From Candidatus Bathyarchaeota archaeon (GTDB taxonomy: Archaea > Thermoproteota > Bathyarchaeia > TCS64): DNA of 64,000 bases. Positions 27,240 to 36,694 of this stretch are shown here, piece after piece; the first letter of the stretch is position 1, and each line of letters starts with the position of its first letter. Under the pieces are notes generated by a model that did no database searches, was not told where the DNA came from, and was given only the letters and a program-made list of their open reading frames with translations. The position numbers were made by a program, and so were the translations under genes. The stretch spans positions 11,611 to 75,610 of the forward strand of contig JAOZHO010000017.1 of assembly GCA_026014875.1 (NCBI GenBank). Reading direction: 5' to 3'.

Positions 27240-27659
27240 ATGACCCGTCTCACAAGAGATGAGATCTCGAAAGCCCTCGCCGAGATGAACGAGGCCTTCA
27301 ACGCCCACGACCTCGATGCGGTCTTGGAAAAACTCCACGAAGATATTCTGTTCGAGAACTGGACCGGGGGCAGTGTGAAGGGGATCGAGTCGCTGAAAAC
27401 GGCGTGGTCCCCCTGGTTCAAGGATCACGGAGGCTTCCGGTTTACCCACGAGGACGTCCTCATCGACGAGGAGGAGCAGAAGGCCGTCACTCGCTGGTGT
27501 CTGGACTGGCCGTCCTCGGAGGCGGGCTATGCGGGGCTGCATGAGACTAGGCGGGGCGTCGACGTGATGCGGTTCGAGGACGGCAAGGTCATCGAGAAGC
27601 TCACCTACTCCCAGACCACCCTCGAGATCGATGGTCGCAGTGTGAGGCTCCGAGCCTGA
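27240..27659 (+). CDS. SnoaL/NTF2-like (ketosteroid-isomerase-like) protein
   Basis: 139 aa with the DLDAVLEKLHEDILFENW pattern of the SnoaL_2 fold. Confidence 0.6.
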   Translation: MTRLTRDEISKALAEMNEAFNAHDLDAVLEKLHEDILFENWTGGSVKGIESLKTAWSPWFKDHGGFRFTHEDVLIDEEEQKAVTRWCLDWPSSEAGYAGLHETRRGVDVMRFEDGKVIEKLTYSQTTLEIDGRSVRLRA

Positions 27660-27945
27660 AACTCCCCTTCCCCGGAATGCCAAAACGACAGTTGGATACG
27701 TCATAGGCATCAGGTCTGATAGCCCAGATATTGCGGCGGCTCACCGATCACTGGGAGGATGATTCGGGCAATATGAAGAACCTGGGCATAAGGGAACTCG
27801 GTGTGCATTTGGTTACCTTGGCCTTCGGCTTCGTCATCCTCGCCGGCTGCTTCTGTTTCTTTTAGGATAATCTTTTTAACCTCAGCCACGGCCCTTTAGC
27901 TCCATAACCTGAGCGAAGTGACCGGACCGATGTTAGCTGAATGAG

Positions 27946-29181
27946 ATGACCGAACGTCCATCGAGTAGGTGGGCCTCCATCAAGGGTAACATCGGAGTCA
28001 TGCTTCTCAGCTCAGGACTGTGGAACCTCGCAGGCGCTATGACGTGGCCCTTCTACTCGCTATATGTCCTAGAACTCGGCGGAATGCACGCCGACATAGG
28101 CTTCATATCGGCCCTGGGAGCCGTGACCAGGATCGTCCCCACCCTCTTCGGGGGATACCTCGCGGACGCCCTGGGCAGGAAGAAGATACTCTACTCCATG
28201 AGCTTCCTCCTCGCCGCGAACGAGCTCCTGCTCGCCTTCGCCCCCGACTACAGGTGGCTCTACCTCATCGTCGTGGTGGAGGCCCTGGCGGGGGGGCTCA
28301 GGGACCCCTCGTTCATGTCCCTCATCGCCGACTCCACCAACCCCGACAACAGGGCCTTCTCCCTGTCCCTCTTCCAGGTGGTCCCGCCCCTCTTTGGGCT
28401 CCTCTCCCCCTTCGCCATGGGGGTGCTCATGGACTCCCGGGGGGTCGTGGTGGCGATGAGGTATACCTACACATTCACGTTTCTGATGGCGACCGTGGCC
28501 TCTTTCCTGAGGTACAGGTACATCGAGGAGACCCTCACCAACGGGAAGGGGGTCCAGAAAGATCCGAGAGTAGCCGTGAAGGAGATCCTCCGGGGCTTCA
28601 AGGAGACCCTCCGAGTCCTCCCCTCCAAGCTCTGGCTCTTCCTCTCGATAGACTTCATCTTCACATTCGCCTGGGGCCTCACGGAGCCCTACTTCGTGAC
28701 CTACGCGACGGAGGCGGCCATGCTCACCGGGGCCCAATGGGGGCTCGTAATCATGGGCGCCACGCTCATCCGCACGACGGTGAAGCCCCCCGCGGCACTG
28801 GCCTCGGACAGGTACGGCAGGATCAAGTTCATCCTGGTCTGCATGTTCCTCTGGCCCGCAGGGTTCCTCCTCTTCGTCAACTCAGCGGGATTCCAAGCCC
28901 TCCTGATCGCCAGGCTACTCATCGCATTCGCGGGGAGCCTCGGGGACCCCTCCTGGGAGGCCCTCTTCGTCGACTATCAGCCCAAGGAGCACCGGGGCCG
29001 TTTCAGCGCCATCGCGAGCGTCTCCTGGAGCCTCATCTGGGGCGCCGGGAACGTGGTGGGGGGCCTCATCTACCAGAACGTCTCCAAGAGGATGATCTTC
29101 GACCTCAGCGCGGGGCTCCTGATAATCGGCGCCGTCCTCGCCCTCATCAAGATCAGGGAGCCCGATCACCGGGAGACCTAG
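27946..29181 (+). CDS. MFS transporter
   Basis: 411 aa with 12 hydrophobic segments and a GGYLADALGRKK motif. Confidence 0.8.
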   Translation: MTERPSSRWASIKGNIGVMLLSSGLWNLAGAMTWPFYSLYVLELGGMHADIGFISALGAVTRIVPTLFGGYLADALGRKKILYSMSFLLAANELLLAFAPDYRWLYLIVVVEALAGGLRDPSFMSLIADSTNPDNRAFSLSLFQVVPPLFGLLSPFAMGVLMDSRGVVVAMRYTYTFTFLMATVASFLRYRYIEETLTNGKGVQKDPRVAVKEILRGFKETLRVLPSKLWLFLSIDFIFTFAWGLTEPYFVTYATEAAMLTGAQWGLVIMGATLIRTTVKPPAALASDRYGRIKFILVCMFLWPAGFLLFVNSAGFQALLIARLLIAFAGSLGDPSWEALFVDYQPKEHRGRFSAIASVSWSLIWGAGNVVGGLIYQNVSKRMIFDLSAGLLIIGAVLALIKIREPDHRET

Positions 29182-29229
29182 CCCCGAAGCTGCGCAAACC
29201 GTTTAAACCATGTCCCCTATTCACAGCCG

Positions 29230-30126
29230 ATGTCCGTCGAGGCTATAACAGACACCATCTCGATGATCGACTCCCCCTACCACGGACTCGGGGAGGTGCT
29301 CGAAACATACCTGATACAGGGACAGAAGTCAGCTGTAATCGACCCGGGCCCCGCACCCCTCGTCCCGGGGGTCATCGAGACCCTCGAAGCGACCGGGGTG
29401 ACCCATCTCGACTACATCCTACTGACCCACATCCACATCGACCACGCCGGCGGCTGCTGGAAGATGCTGGAGACGTACCCCGACGCCACGATCCACTGCC
29501 ACCCCCGAGGAGCGGAGCACGTCATCGACCCCTCGAGACTCCTCGCCGCCGCCGGGAAAATCTTCGGCGACGCCCTCAGCGAGTTCGGCGAGGTACGAGG
29601 CGTGCCAGCGGAGAGGGTCGCAGAGTCCACGGACGGTGAGACCCTGAACCTGGGAGGGGTCAGCCTCGAGACGATCTGGACCCCCGGCCACTCAAGCCAC
29701 AGCCAGAGCTACTTCGAGCCGGACTCCGGGGTGGTCTTCGCGGGGGACGCCGCCGGCTACTACCCCGGGAACAAGGGGGTCCTCGTCCCCGATGCCCCCC
29801 CTCCCCACAACCCCGCCCAGGCCGCGGATAGCCTCCTCAAACTGATGAGGTACGAACCGAAGACCATCGCCTACAGCCATTTCGGGTACTACGATGAAGC
29901 GACGACTCGGCTTGAACGCTTCCTCGATCAGACGAGGCTTTGGGATCGACTCGCCCAGGACGGGGTCGAAGCGGGCCTCTCGTTGAACGATATATTCGAT
30001 CTGCTCGTCGAGGAGGATCCCGAAGCCCGGGAGCTCGCCGGAATCGACGAGGAGGGCAAGAGGGCGGTCTACTTCAATCTGAAGAGCTTCGTCGGATATG
30101 CGAAATGGCGGAGAAAGTCTCCGTAA
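29230..30126 (+). CDS. MBL-fold metallo-hydrolase
   Basis: LLTHIHIDHAGG is an HxHxDH motif, with downstream His/Asp ligands. Confidence 0.85.
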   Translation: MSVEAITDTISMIDSPYHGLGEVLETYLIQGQKSAVIDPGPAPLVPGVIETLEATGVTHLDYILLTHIHIDHAGGCWKMLETYPDATIHCHPRGAEHVIDPSRLLAAAGKIFGDALSEFGEVRGVPAERVAESTDGETLNLGGVSLETIWTPGHSSHSQSYFEPDSGVVFAGDAAGYYPGNKGVLVPDAPPPHNPAQAADSLLKLMRYEPKTIAYSHFGYYDEATTRLERFLDQTRLWDRLAQDGVEAGLSLNDIFDLLVEEDPEARELAGIDEEGKRAVYFNLKSFVGYAKWRRKSP

Positions 30127-30253
30127 GGGGATGACCTAGTTCCCTTTTTTTGAGCAGTATTCAGATCACCCACTCGCTTGAAAAAGAGAAAAAAACATCA
30201 GAAAACTCGATTCGACTATAAACTCCTGGCCGCCTCTCGGCGTCTGAGCTTAT

Positions 30254-30433
30254 CTAGAACCTTCTTGGCGGCCTGTGCTTAGCAAAGCACTCACGGCAGT
30301 AAACCGGCCTGCCCTCTGTCGGCTTGAAGGGGACCTCGGCCTCCTTCCCGCAATCAGAGCAGATGATCTTGGTCATCTCACGCGGGCCACGGTCGTATCC
30401 ACCGCGCCTATCTCTATAACCCAATACTTTCAC
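30254..30433 (-). CDS. small CxxC-x17-CxxC zinc-ribbon protein, copy A (59 aa, GTG start; core MTKIICSDCGKEAEVPFKPTEGRPVYCRECFAKHRPPRRF)
   Basis: Hand translation of the minus strand. Paralog of 30752..30934 and not in the ORF track because it is 59 aa. Confidence 0.6.
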   Translation of the reverse strand: MKVLGYRDRRGGYDRGPREMTKIICSDCGKEAEVPFKPTEGRPVYCRECFAKHRPPRRF

Positions 30434-30751
30434 TCCTATTCTGTGTGTATGCTCAGAACGCCTCTCGGTATTCGCCGCACACTGGGCACGCAGGGGTATT
30501 TCTCCCTTTTAAACCATTTTACGCAAAGCCAACCATAAACAACCTAAACCAGAGTCGTGCGCGATGAGGGCGGTTTTATTCAGTCTGAAGAGCTTCGTCG
30601 GATATGCGAAATGGTTGAGAAAGTCTCAGTGACCAGATTACCTGTTTCGGGTCATCCTTCAGAACCCTCACTAGCTTGGAAAAAAAGAAAAAACAATAGA
30701 AAACTCGATTCGACTATAAACTCCTGGCCGCCTCTCGGCGTCTGAGCTTAT

Positions 30752-30934
30752 CTAGAACCTTCTTGGCGGCCTGTGCTTAGCAAAGCACTCACGGCAGTAA
30801 ACCGGCCGGCCCTCTGTCGGCTTGAAGGGAACCTCGTCCTCCTTCCCGCAATCAGAGCACGTGATCTTTGTCATCTCACGCGGGCCGCGGTCGTATCCAC
30901 CGCGCCTGTTGTCTCTATAACCCAATACTTTCAC
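30752..30934 (-). CDS. small CxxC-x17-CxxC zinc-ribbon protein, copy B (60 aa)
   Basis: MKVLGYRDNRRGGYDRGPREMTKITCSDCGKEDEVPFKPTEGRPVYCRECFAKHRPPRRF. Differences from copy A are mostly synonymous, plus one in-frame 3-nt indel. Confidence 0.65.
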   Translation of the reverse strand: MKVLGYRDNRRGGYDRGPREMTKITCSDCGKEDEVPFKPTEGRPVYCRECFAKHRPPRRF

Positions 30935-31100
30935 TCCTATTCTGTGTGTATGCTCAGAACGCCTCGCGGTATTCTCCGCACACTGGGCACGCAGGCGCGG
31001 TTCTCCCTTTTAAACCCTTTTACGCCGACCCAACTATAAACAGGCAAATCCAAAAGAACCTCCTAGAATAAATAACTGGAGAGGACCCGGGGGATATACG

Positions 31101-31766
31101 ATGGAAACAGTCATACTGATACGCCACGGGGAGGCGGAGCACATGGTGAGCGACCTGACAGGGGGCTGGTCCCAGACCCCCCTCACCGAGAAAGGCAGGG
31201 CCCAGGTGCGCGCCCTGGCGACGAGGCTCGAGAAGGATCTCGAGGGGGTCGATTATGCTTTCTACTGCAGCGACTTAAAGAGGGCACACCAGACCGCCGA
31301 TATCATCGCCGAGGCGGTGGGGCGTGAGCCGATCCCCTCCCGGGAGCTCAGGGAGTTCAACAACGGCGTCGCCGCCGGCAGGGCCAAGGAGGAGGTCGCC
31401 CACCTGTACCGCCCCCCATCGGAGTCAATAATGGACTGGCAGCCCTACCCCGAGGCGGAGACGTGGCGGAGGTTCTACCGCAGGATCACGGCGTTCATGG
31501 ACGAGGTCCATGCTGAGGAGGATCGTCCCACCCTCATAGTCTCCCACGGGGGCACCATCGTCAACCTCGTCGCCTGGTGGATCAGGCTCGAGGAGGCCGG
31601 CCTCTCATACACCACGTTCCATACGTCCCCTGCGAGCCTCAGCGTCCTCAATGTCACCCCCCTCAACGAGAGGGCCGTGGAGAGGCTCAACGACACCGCG
31701 CACCTGCATAAACTGGGGCAGGTTCCCCGCCTCCCTCTAGAGGCGAAACCTCAGAGCGCTCCTTGA
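31101..31766 (+). CDS. histidine phosphatase family protein (phosphoglycerate-mutase-like)
   Basis: ILIRHGEAEH is the RHG catalytic motif, with a later His in SHGGTI. Confidence 0.8.
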   Translation: METVILIRHGEAEHMVSDLTGGWSQTPLTEKGRAQVRALATRLEKDLEGVDYAFYCSDLKRAHQTADIIAEAVGREPIPSRELREFNNGVAAGRAKEEVAHLYRPPSESIMDWQPYPEAETWRRFYRRITAFMDEVHAEEDRPTLIVSHGGTIVNLVAWWIRLEEAGLSYTTFHTSPASLSVLNVTPLNERAVERLNDTAHLHKLGQVPRLPLEAKPQSAP

Positions 31767-31800
31767 CTTTGAGTCGCGCACACGTGCCCTTCGGTGATCC

Positions 31801-32685
31801 TCAACGGGTCGTGTCGAGGCTGACGCTGCCGACCCCCAACCTGATGTCAAGTCTCAGGCTGGGCTCCTGGGATTTCTCGTAGGCGTCGTTGGTGTAGACC
31901 CCTCCCAAGGGGAAACCCTTGCTCCGGGTTCGGAGGAAGCCCCCGTGGGCGCTCACGCTGGCGAGCCCCTCTACCGAGACCCTGGTGGGCACGGTCTCGT
32001 CCACGGTGATCCTGAAGCTCCCGACCCCTCCCCCGATGTCCACCCTTGCGTCGCGGTCGAGGCTCTTCCCGGTGAAGCCGAGCCTCATCTCCCCGACCCC
32101 GCCCTCCACCTTCATCCTGTCGAAGTTGGCGTTGAGGAGGCCGCTGGCGTCGAGGTCCCCGGCCCCCGCGGAGAGCTTTAGAAGCCTGAGGGCTTCGGGG
32201 TTGGGGGAATCGAAGCTCAGGGAGTTGTTGCTCACCCCCGCCTGGAGTGTGAGGTCCGTGAGGGGGAGGCCCCCGAGGTCCCAGTCCCCCATGCTCACTC
32301 CGCAATTTACGTCCATGGAGAAGGGCTTCCCGTCCCCCAGCTTGATGTCCCAGCGGTTCACGGGGTTCGACCTGACTCGGACAACGAACCTCTACTCCTG
32401 GACGATCCTCACCCTGTCCCCCTGGACACGGACCACCGGGGCGAGCTCGGAGTCGTCATACTCCACCGTCCCCTCCACGAACCTTCCGGATGCGCCCCCG
32501 GAGACGTTGATCCGCCCCGCGGAGCGGACCACGATCTCGAGCCTCGCCGAGTCCCCCTCCGGGTAGGGGATGTCCAGGGTCTCCACCTTGATCGCCTGGA
32601 GGGTCTCTCCCACGGGCGTGCCGCACGCTGAGCAGAATAAGTCTTCGACTCCCAGCTCTTTCCCACATTTGATGCAAAAGGGCAT
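31801..32685 (-). pseudogene. zinc-ribbon plus DUF4097-like (beta-strand repeat, putative adhesin/LiaG-like) protein interrupted by a single in-frame TAG at 32392-32394
   Basis: ORFs 32392..32685 and 31801..32361 are in the same frame, separated only by TAG plus 10 sense codons. Combined length (about 293 aa) and domain order (N-terminal CxxC..CxxC ribbon, then repeated ...V.V.GG.G...V strands) match a single DUF4097-type protein. Confidence 0.5.
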
Positions 32686-32803
32686 AATGATCCTTTCCCT
32701 GTGATTGAGACTCGGACCCCGTCAAATAAGGTCTTCCAGTGTTGGCTCCGGACCCGATGGATAGTTTTTAGAGCATGAGTGACTCTGAAGCATTTGATCG
32801 ATT

Positions 32804-34294
32804 ATGAGGATAGCGGTGGCTAGCTTCTCCCACGAGACCTGCACCCTCTGCCCCAGGCCGACGACGGTCGAGGATTTCGAGCGGGGCGGGGTTTACTACG
32901 GGGAGGAGGTTCTGGATCGGGTCAGGGGCAGCCCCACGTACATGAATGGGTTCATCAAGGCGGCCGAGGTAGAGTCCGACGTGGAGCTCGTAGGGGTTCT
33001 CAGCGCGGCGAAGAGCTGGGGCGGCTCATCGGGGAGCTGGCTGACCCGGGAGTGCTTCGACAAGTATTCCCTGGGCATCGAGGAGGGGCTCAAGAAGGCG
33101 GGGAAGCTGGACGGGGTCCTCCTGGCGCTCCACGGGGGCATGGCGGCGACGGGGGTCCCGAGGCCCGAGGCAGAGATCGTCCGGAGAGCCCGCAGGGCTG
33201 TGGGGGGCATCCCCATCTTCGTGACATTCGACATGCACGGCAACGAGGACCAGGAGATCGTGGATGCCGTGGATGGCGTCTTCAGCATCAAGACCTTCCC
33301 CCACATCGACTCGGAGGAGACGGGAGTGGCTGCGGCTAAGTGCCTCTTCGAGACTGTCCGGGGGAGTTTCAAGCCTACCATGGCTCTGAGGAAGCCGGGG
33401 GTCATCTCCCCGGGTGTCTTCCAGCACACGGGCTCCCACCCCATGAAGGACATCATCGCTAGGGCGAAGGAGTGGGAGGAGAAGGAGCCCGACGCCCGAT
33501 GGGTCTCCTCGATGCCCGGGTTCCCCTACGCGGACGTCCCCGACGCGGGGTTCACCGTGATAGCCCTCACCAACGGCGACCAGGAGCTCGCGGAGCGCAT
33601 CGCCGACGACATGGCGGACCTCGTCTGGAGCCTCCGGGTCCCCCTCGCGAGCAGGAAGCTACCCAAGCCCAAGGAGGGGGTAGAGAAGGTCCTGAAGCTC
33701 GTCGCAGGGGGGAAGACCCCTGTCATCATCGCGGATCACAGCGACCGCACGGGGGACGGTACCCATGTCCTGGAGCAGCTCCTCAAGCAGGGGGCGAAGA
33801 ACTTCGGCATCTCAACCATCAAGGACCCCAAGGCGGTCCTAGAGATCATGGATCAGGCCGAGGTGGGGGACACCGTGACGGTGAAGGTCGGGGGATACGA
33901 GCACCTCTCCGGGAACCCGGTGGAGCTCACCGGGCGGGTCGAGTTCCTCGGGGACGGAGACTACATCAAGGCGGGGCCCATGAGCAAGGGCAGCAAGACC
34001 CTCCTGGGGCCCACCGCCGTCCTTGACCTAGGGGACAACAACCACGTGGTGATAAGCTCAACCCTCCACCAGGTCACCGACTCTGCGGGCTTCACCGCCT
34101 TCGGCATCGACTTCGACAGCCTGGAGATCATGTCCCTCAAGTCTAGGGTTCACTTCAGGGCCTTCTACGAGAGCGTCGCGGGGTCTATCGTGGAGATCGA
34201 CTCCCCGGGGCTCGGGATAGCGGACCTCACCACCATCGACTACAAGAACGTCCCCAAGGACATCTATCCCTTCGTCGAGGAGCGACCCGGCTGA
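32804..34294 (+). CDS. M81 family metallopeptidase (MlrC/microcystinase C-like, DUF1485+DUF1446)
   Basis: MRIAVASFSHETCTL... N-terminus and overall 496-aa architecture are typical of MlrC-like proteins. Confidence 0.75.
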   Translation: MRIAVASFSHETCTLCPRPTTVEDFERGGVYYGEEVLDRVRGSPTYMNGFIKAAEVESDVELVGVLSAAKSWGGSSGSWLTRECFDKYSLGIEEGLKKAGKLDGVLLALHGGMAATGVPRPEAEIVRRARRAVGGIPIFVTFDMHGNEDQEIVDAVDGVFSIKTFPHIDSEETGVAAAKCLFETVRGSFKPTMALRKPGVISPGVFQHTGSHPMKDIIARAKEWEEKEPDARWVSSMPGFPYADVPDAGFTVIALTNGDQELAERIADDMADLVWSLRVPLASRKLPKPKEGVEKVLKLVAGGKTPVIIADHSDRTGDGTHVLEQLLKQGAKNFGISTIKDPKAVLEIMDQAEVGDTVTVKVGGYEHLSGNPVELTGRVEFLGDGDYIKAGPMSKGSKTLLGPTAVLDLGDNNHVVISSTLHQVTDSAGFTAFGIDFDSLEIMSLKSRVHFRAFYESVAGSIVEIDSPGLGIADLTTIDYKNVPKDIYPFVEERPG

Positions 34295-34345
34295 CTCCCC
34301 CTCGACCTGAATAATTTAAGGCAAGATGAGCATACAGATTCCAAT

Positions 34346-35692
34346 ATGACGCTGTGGGATTCCATCCAGAGAGAGATCGACGAGGCTAACCGGAGAGCCA
34401 TCGAGATCATCAAGCCCAGCGAGCAGGAGACGGAGAGGGGCCTCCGAGTCCACGGGGAGGCCATCGTCTTCGACTTCGGCCCCCCGGGGGGCCCCCTCAT
34501 CTACTCCGATAGGCTCACCGCGAAGATCAACCAGCTCTACGACGAGGGGCGCCTCAGGCAGACCTACGCCCGCTCCAGGGGACCCGCTGACAGGATATCC
34601 AGGTACTACCCCCCCGAGAAGCACCTCAGGTTCGACGGCCTCCCGGGGCGCCTCAGATACGAGGCGGTGAAGGAGCACGCATACGACCCCGAGGCGAAGG
34701 AGGCCTACAAGCGGGCGTGGGGGATCGCGGGGGTCACCGTGATGAGCACCGGGGGAGGGGGTTCGAGTCTGGAGGGCTACGACTTCCACAAGTACAAGAT
34801 GGAGACCCTCAGGGACGTGCTGGTCCCCGCGACATGCGCCGAGGACGTGAGGCGGGCGAAGGCGGAGGGGAGACACGGCATCATCTGGAACACTCAGGAT
34901 CCGAAGCCCTTCTTCAAGAGCGGCGATCTGGACCAGGACCTGGACCGCCTCGACATGTTCCACCGTCTCGGGCTCAGGGAGGTCCAGCTCACATACAACC
35001 TCAACAACCTGGTGGGGGCCGGCTGCACCGAGAGGTACGACTTCGGCCTCACCCGCTTCGGGTTGAAGGTGCTGGAGAGGCTCAACGATCTCCGGATCCT
35101 AGTCAACGTCAGCCACTGCGGGCGTCAGACCACCCTCGACGCCTGCGAGGCCTCGGAGGCTCCCGTGGTCGCGAATCACGCGAGCTGCGAGGAGGTCTAC
35201 GCCCATCCCAGGGCGAAATCCGACGAGGAGATCCACGCCGTCGCCGAGTCCGGGGGCTACTTGGGCATCTGCAGGGTCCCCCACTTCATAGGGTGGAACG
35301 CCACCATCAAGGACCTCTTGGACCACATCGATTACGCCGTCGAACTCGTCGGAGCCGACCACGTGGGGATAGGAACGGACCAGGGCTGGGCTGCTCCCAT
35401 CCCCCGGGGGATCCACGAAGAGTACGCGAAGATCGAAGCCGAGTACATCCCGGCCTCCCGGATGCCCCCGGACGCCCCCATGCCCACGAGGGACAACTAC
35501 GCGGGGTGGTGGTCGGGGTTCAGGCCGGAGCATTTCCCCTACGCCACGGACGAGCGCAACTTCGGCTCCCTCAGCTGGATCAACTGGCCCTACTACACCG
35601 TGGGCCTAGTCTCCCGGGGCTACTCGGACCAGGAGATAACCAAGATCCTCGGGGGGAACTTCCTCAGGGTCTTCGAGAAAGTGGTGGGCTGA
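34346..35692 (+). CDS. membrane dipeptidase, M19 family (second paralog)
   Basis: LREVQLTYNLNN...LVNVSHCG...H ligands fit the Peptidase_M19 layout. Confidence 0.8.
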   Translation: MTLWDSIQREIDEANRRAIEIIKPSEQETERGLRVHGEAIVFDFGPPGGPLIYSDRLTAKINQLYDEGRLRQTYARSRGPADRISRYYPPEKHLRFDGLPGRLRYEAVKEHAYDPEAKEAYKRAWGIAGVTVMSTGGGGSSLEGYDFHKYKMETLRDVLVPATCAEDVRRAKAEGRHGIIWNTQDPKPFFKSGDLDQDLDRLDMFHRLGLREVQLTYNLNNLVGAGCTERYDFGLTRFGLKVLERLNDLRILVNVSHCGRQTTLDACEASEAPVVANHASCEEVYAHPRAKSDEEIHAVAESGGYLGICRVPHFIGWNATIKDLLDHIDYAVELVGADHVGIGTDQGWAAPIPRGIHEEYAKIEAEYIPASRMPPDAPMPTRDNYAGWWSGFRPEHFPYATDERNFGSLSWINWPYYTVGLVSRGYSDQEITKILGGNFLRVFEKVVG

Positions 35693-35782
35693 GCTAGGCC
35701 GCAGTAACAGGGTGTTCGCACCCTTCTTCGCCCCGCTCCGGAGCGGGACTCCCTTCGAGGAGAACGAGTATTTATTTAACCC

Positions 35783-36694
35783 ATGAGTGTTGATTATCGG
35801 ATGCAATCCATGAAGGTTCTAGTCTTATACGGTAAATCCCAGAGCGCCAACGGCGTCGAGCTCAAAGAGACCGCCGTCAGGCTGGGGCACGAGGTCACCT
35901 CCGGGAGCATCATGGATGTCTCCTCGGAGATCTCCAACGAGGCCTCCCGGTTCTGGCTCGGCCGCAACGAGATCACCGACGTGGACGTCTGCTTCGTCCG
36001 GAGCTTCGGCCCCGGGACCTGCGAGCAACTCACCCGGCGCATCAGCCTGATCGAGCATATGGAGCTCTCGGGGATCAGGGTGGTGAACCCCACATACAGC
36101 TTCAGGAGGGCCCGGGACAAGTACTCGACCCAGTACGCCCTCGCCGGGGCGGGGTTACCCATCGCGACCACATACACCACGGAGAGCATGGAGAGAGCCT
36201 ACCGGAGGAGCCGGGAGATGGGGGTCTCCGTCTACAAGCCCATCCTCAGCAGCATGGGAAAGGGCAGCCTCAAGTTCGACGACCCGGAGATCGCCTACAA
36301 CGCCTGGAAGATGCTGAGCAGGGTGGGGATGCCCCTCATCGTCCAAGAGTACCTCGAGAACCCCGGGAGAGACCTAAGGGTCTTCGTGGTGGGAGACGAG
36401 GTTGTGGCCACGGCCTACAAATACGGGGGGCCTGGAGAGTGGAAAACCAACGTGGCCCAGGGAGGAAAGATGGTGGAAGAGCCCGTACCAGAGGACATCC
36501 TCGACCTCGGGATCAGAGCCGCCAAAGCCCTAGGGCTAGACTACTCCGGCGTCGACATCATGGAGACACCGCGAGGCCCAGTGGTCCTGGAAGCGAACGG
36601 CGCCCCGGGATGGCAGGCCCTCAAGGCCGTGACGGGGGTCGACATCGCAGAGAAGATCGTACTGCACGCCACGGAAGGGACCCGAGTTGGCTGA
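35783..36694 (+). CDS. RimK-family ATP-grasp ligase (alpha-L-glutamate ligase / MptN/CofF-like)
   Basis: ATP-grasp motifs (VYKPILSSMGKGS, LIVQEYLE, RVFVVGDEVVATAYK, VLEANGAPGW) in a 303-aa RimK-like architecture. Confidence 0.8.
   Translation: MSVDYRMQSMKVLVLYGKSQSANGVELKETAVRLGHEVTSGSIMDVSSEISNEASRFWLGRNEITDVDVCFVRSFGPGTCEQLTRRISLIEHMELSGIRVVNPTYSFRRARDKYSTQYALAGAGLPIATTYTTESMERAYRRSREMGVSVYKPILSSMGKGSLKFDDPEIAYNAWKMLSRVGMPLIVQEYLENPGRDLRVFVVGDEVVATAYKYGGPGEWKTNVAQGGKMVEEPVPEDILDLGIRAAKALGLDYSGVDIMETPRGPVVLEANGAPGWQALKAVTGVDIAEKIVLHATEGTRVG

Larger units (their letters stand above)
30069..31057. repeat. tandem duplication, 2 units of about 509 bp (30069-30577 and 30578-31057), about 90% identical, each carrying the last roughly 60 bp of the MBL gene plus a small zinc-ribbon gene
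   Basis: Direct inspection shows long identical runs such as aaactcgattcgactataaactcctggccgcctctcggcgtctgagcttatctagaaccttcttggcggcctgtgcttagcaaagcactcacggcagtaaaccggcc at 30211 and 30709. Confidence 0.85.

Noticed and set aside
28020-29639. 539-aa Arg/Pro-rich ORF
   Set aside because: Off-frame of the MFS transporter and MBL hydrolase genes, and it spans their intergenic region.
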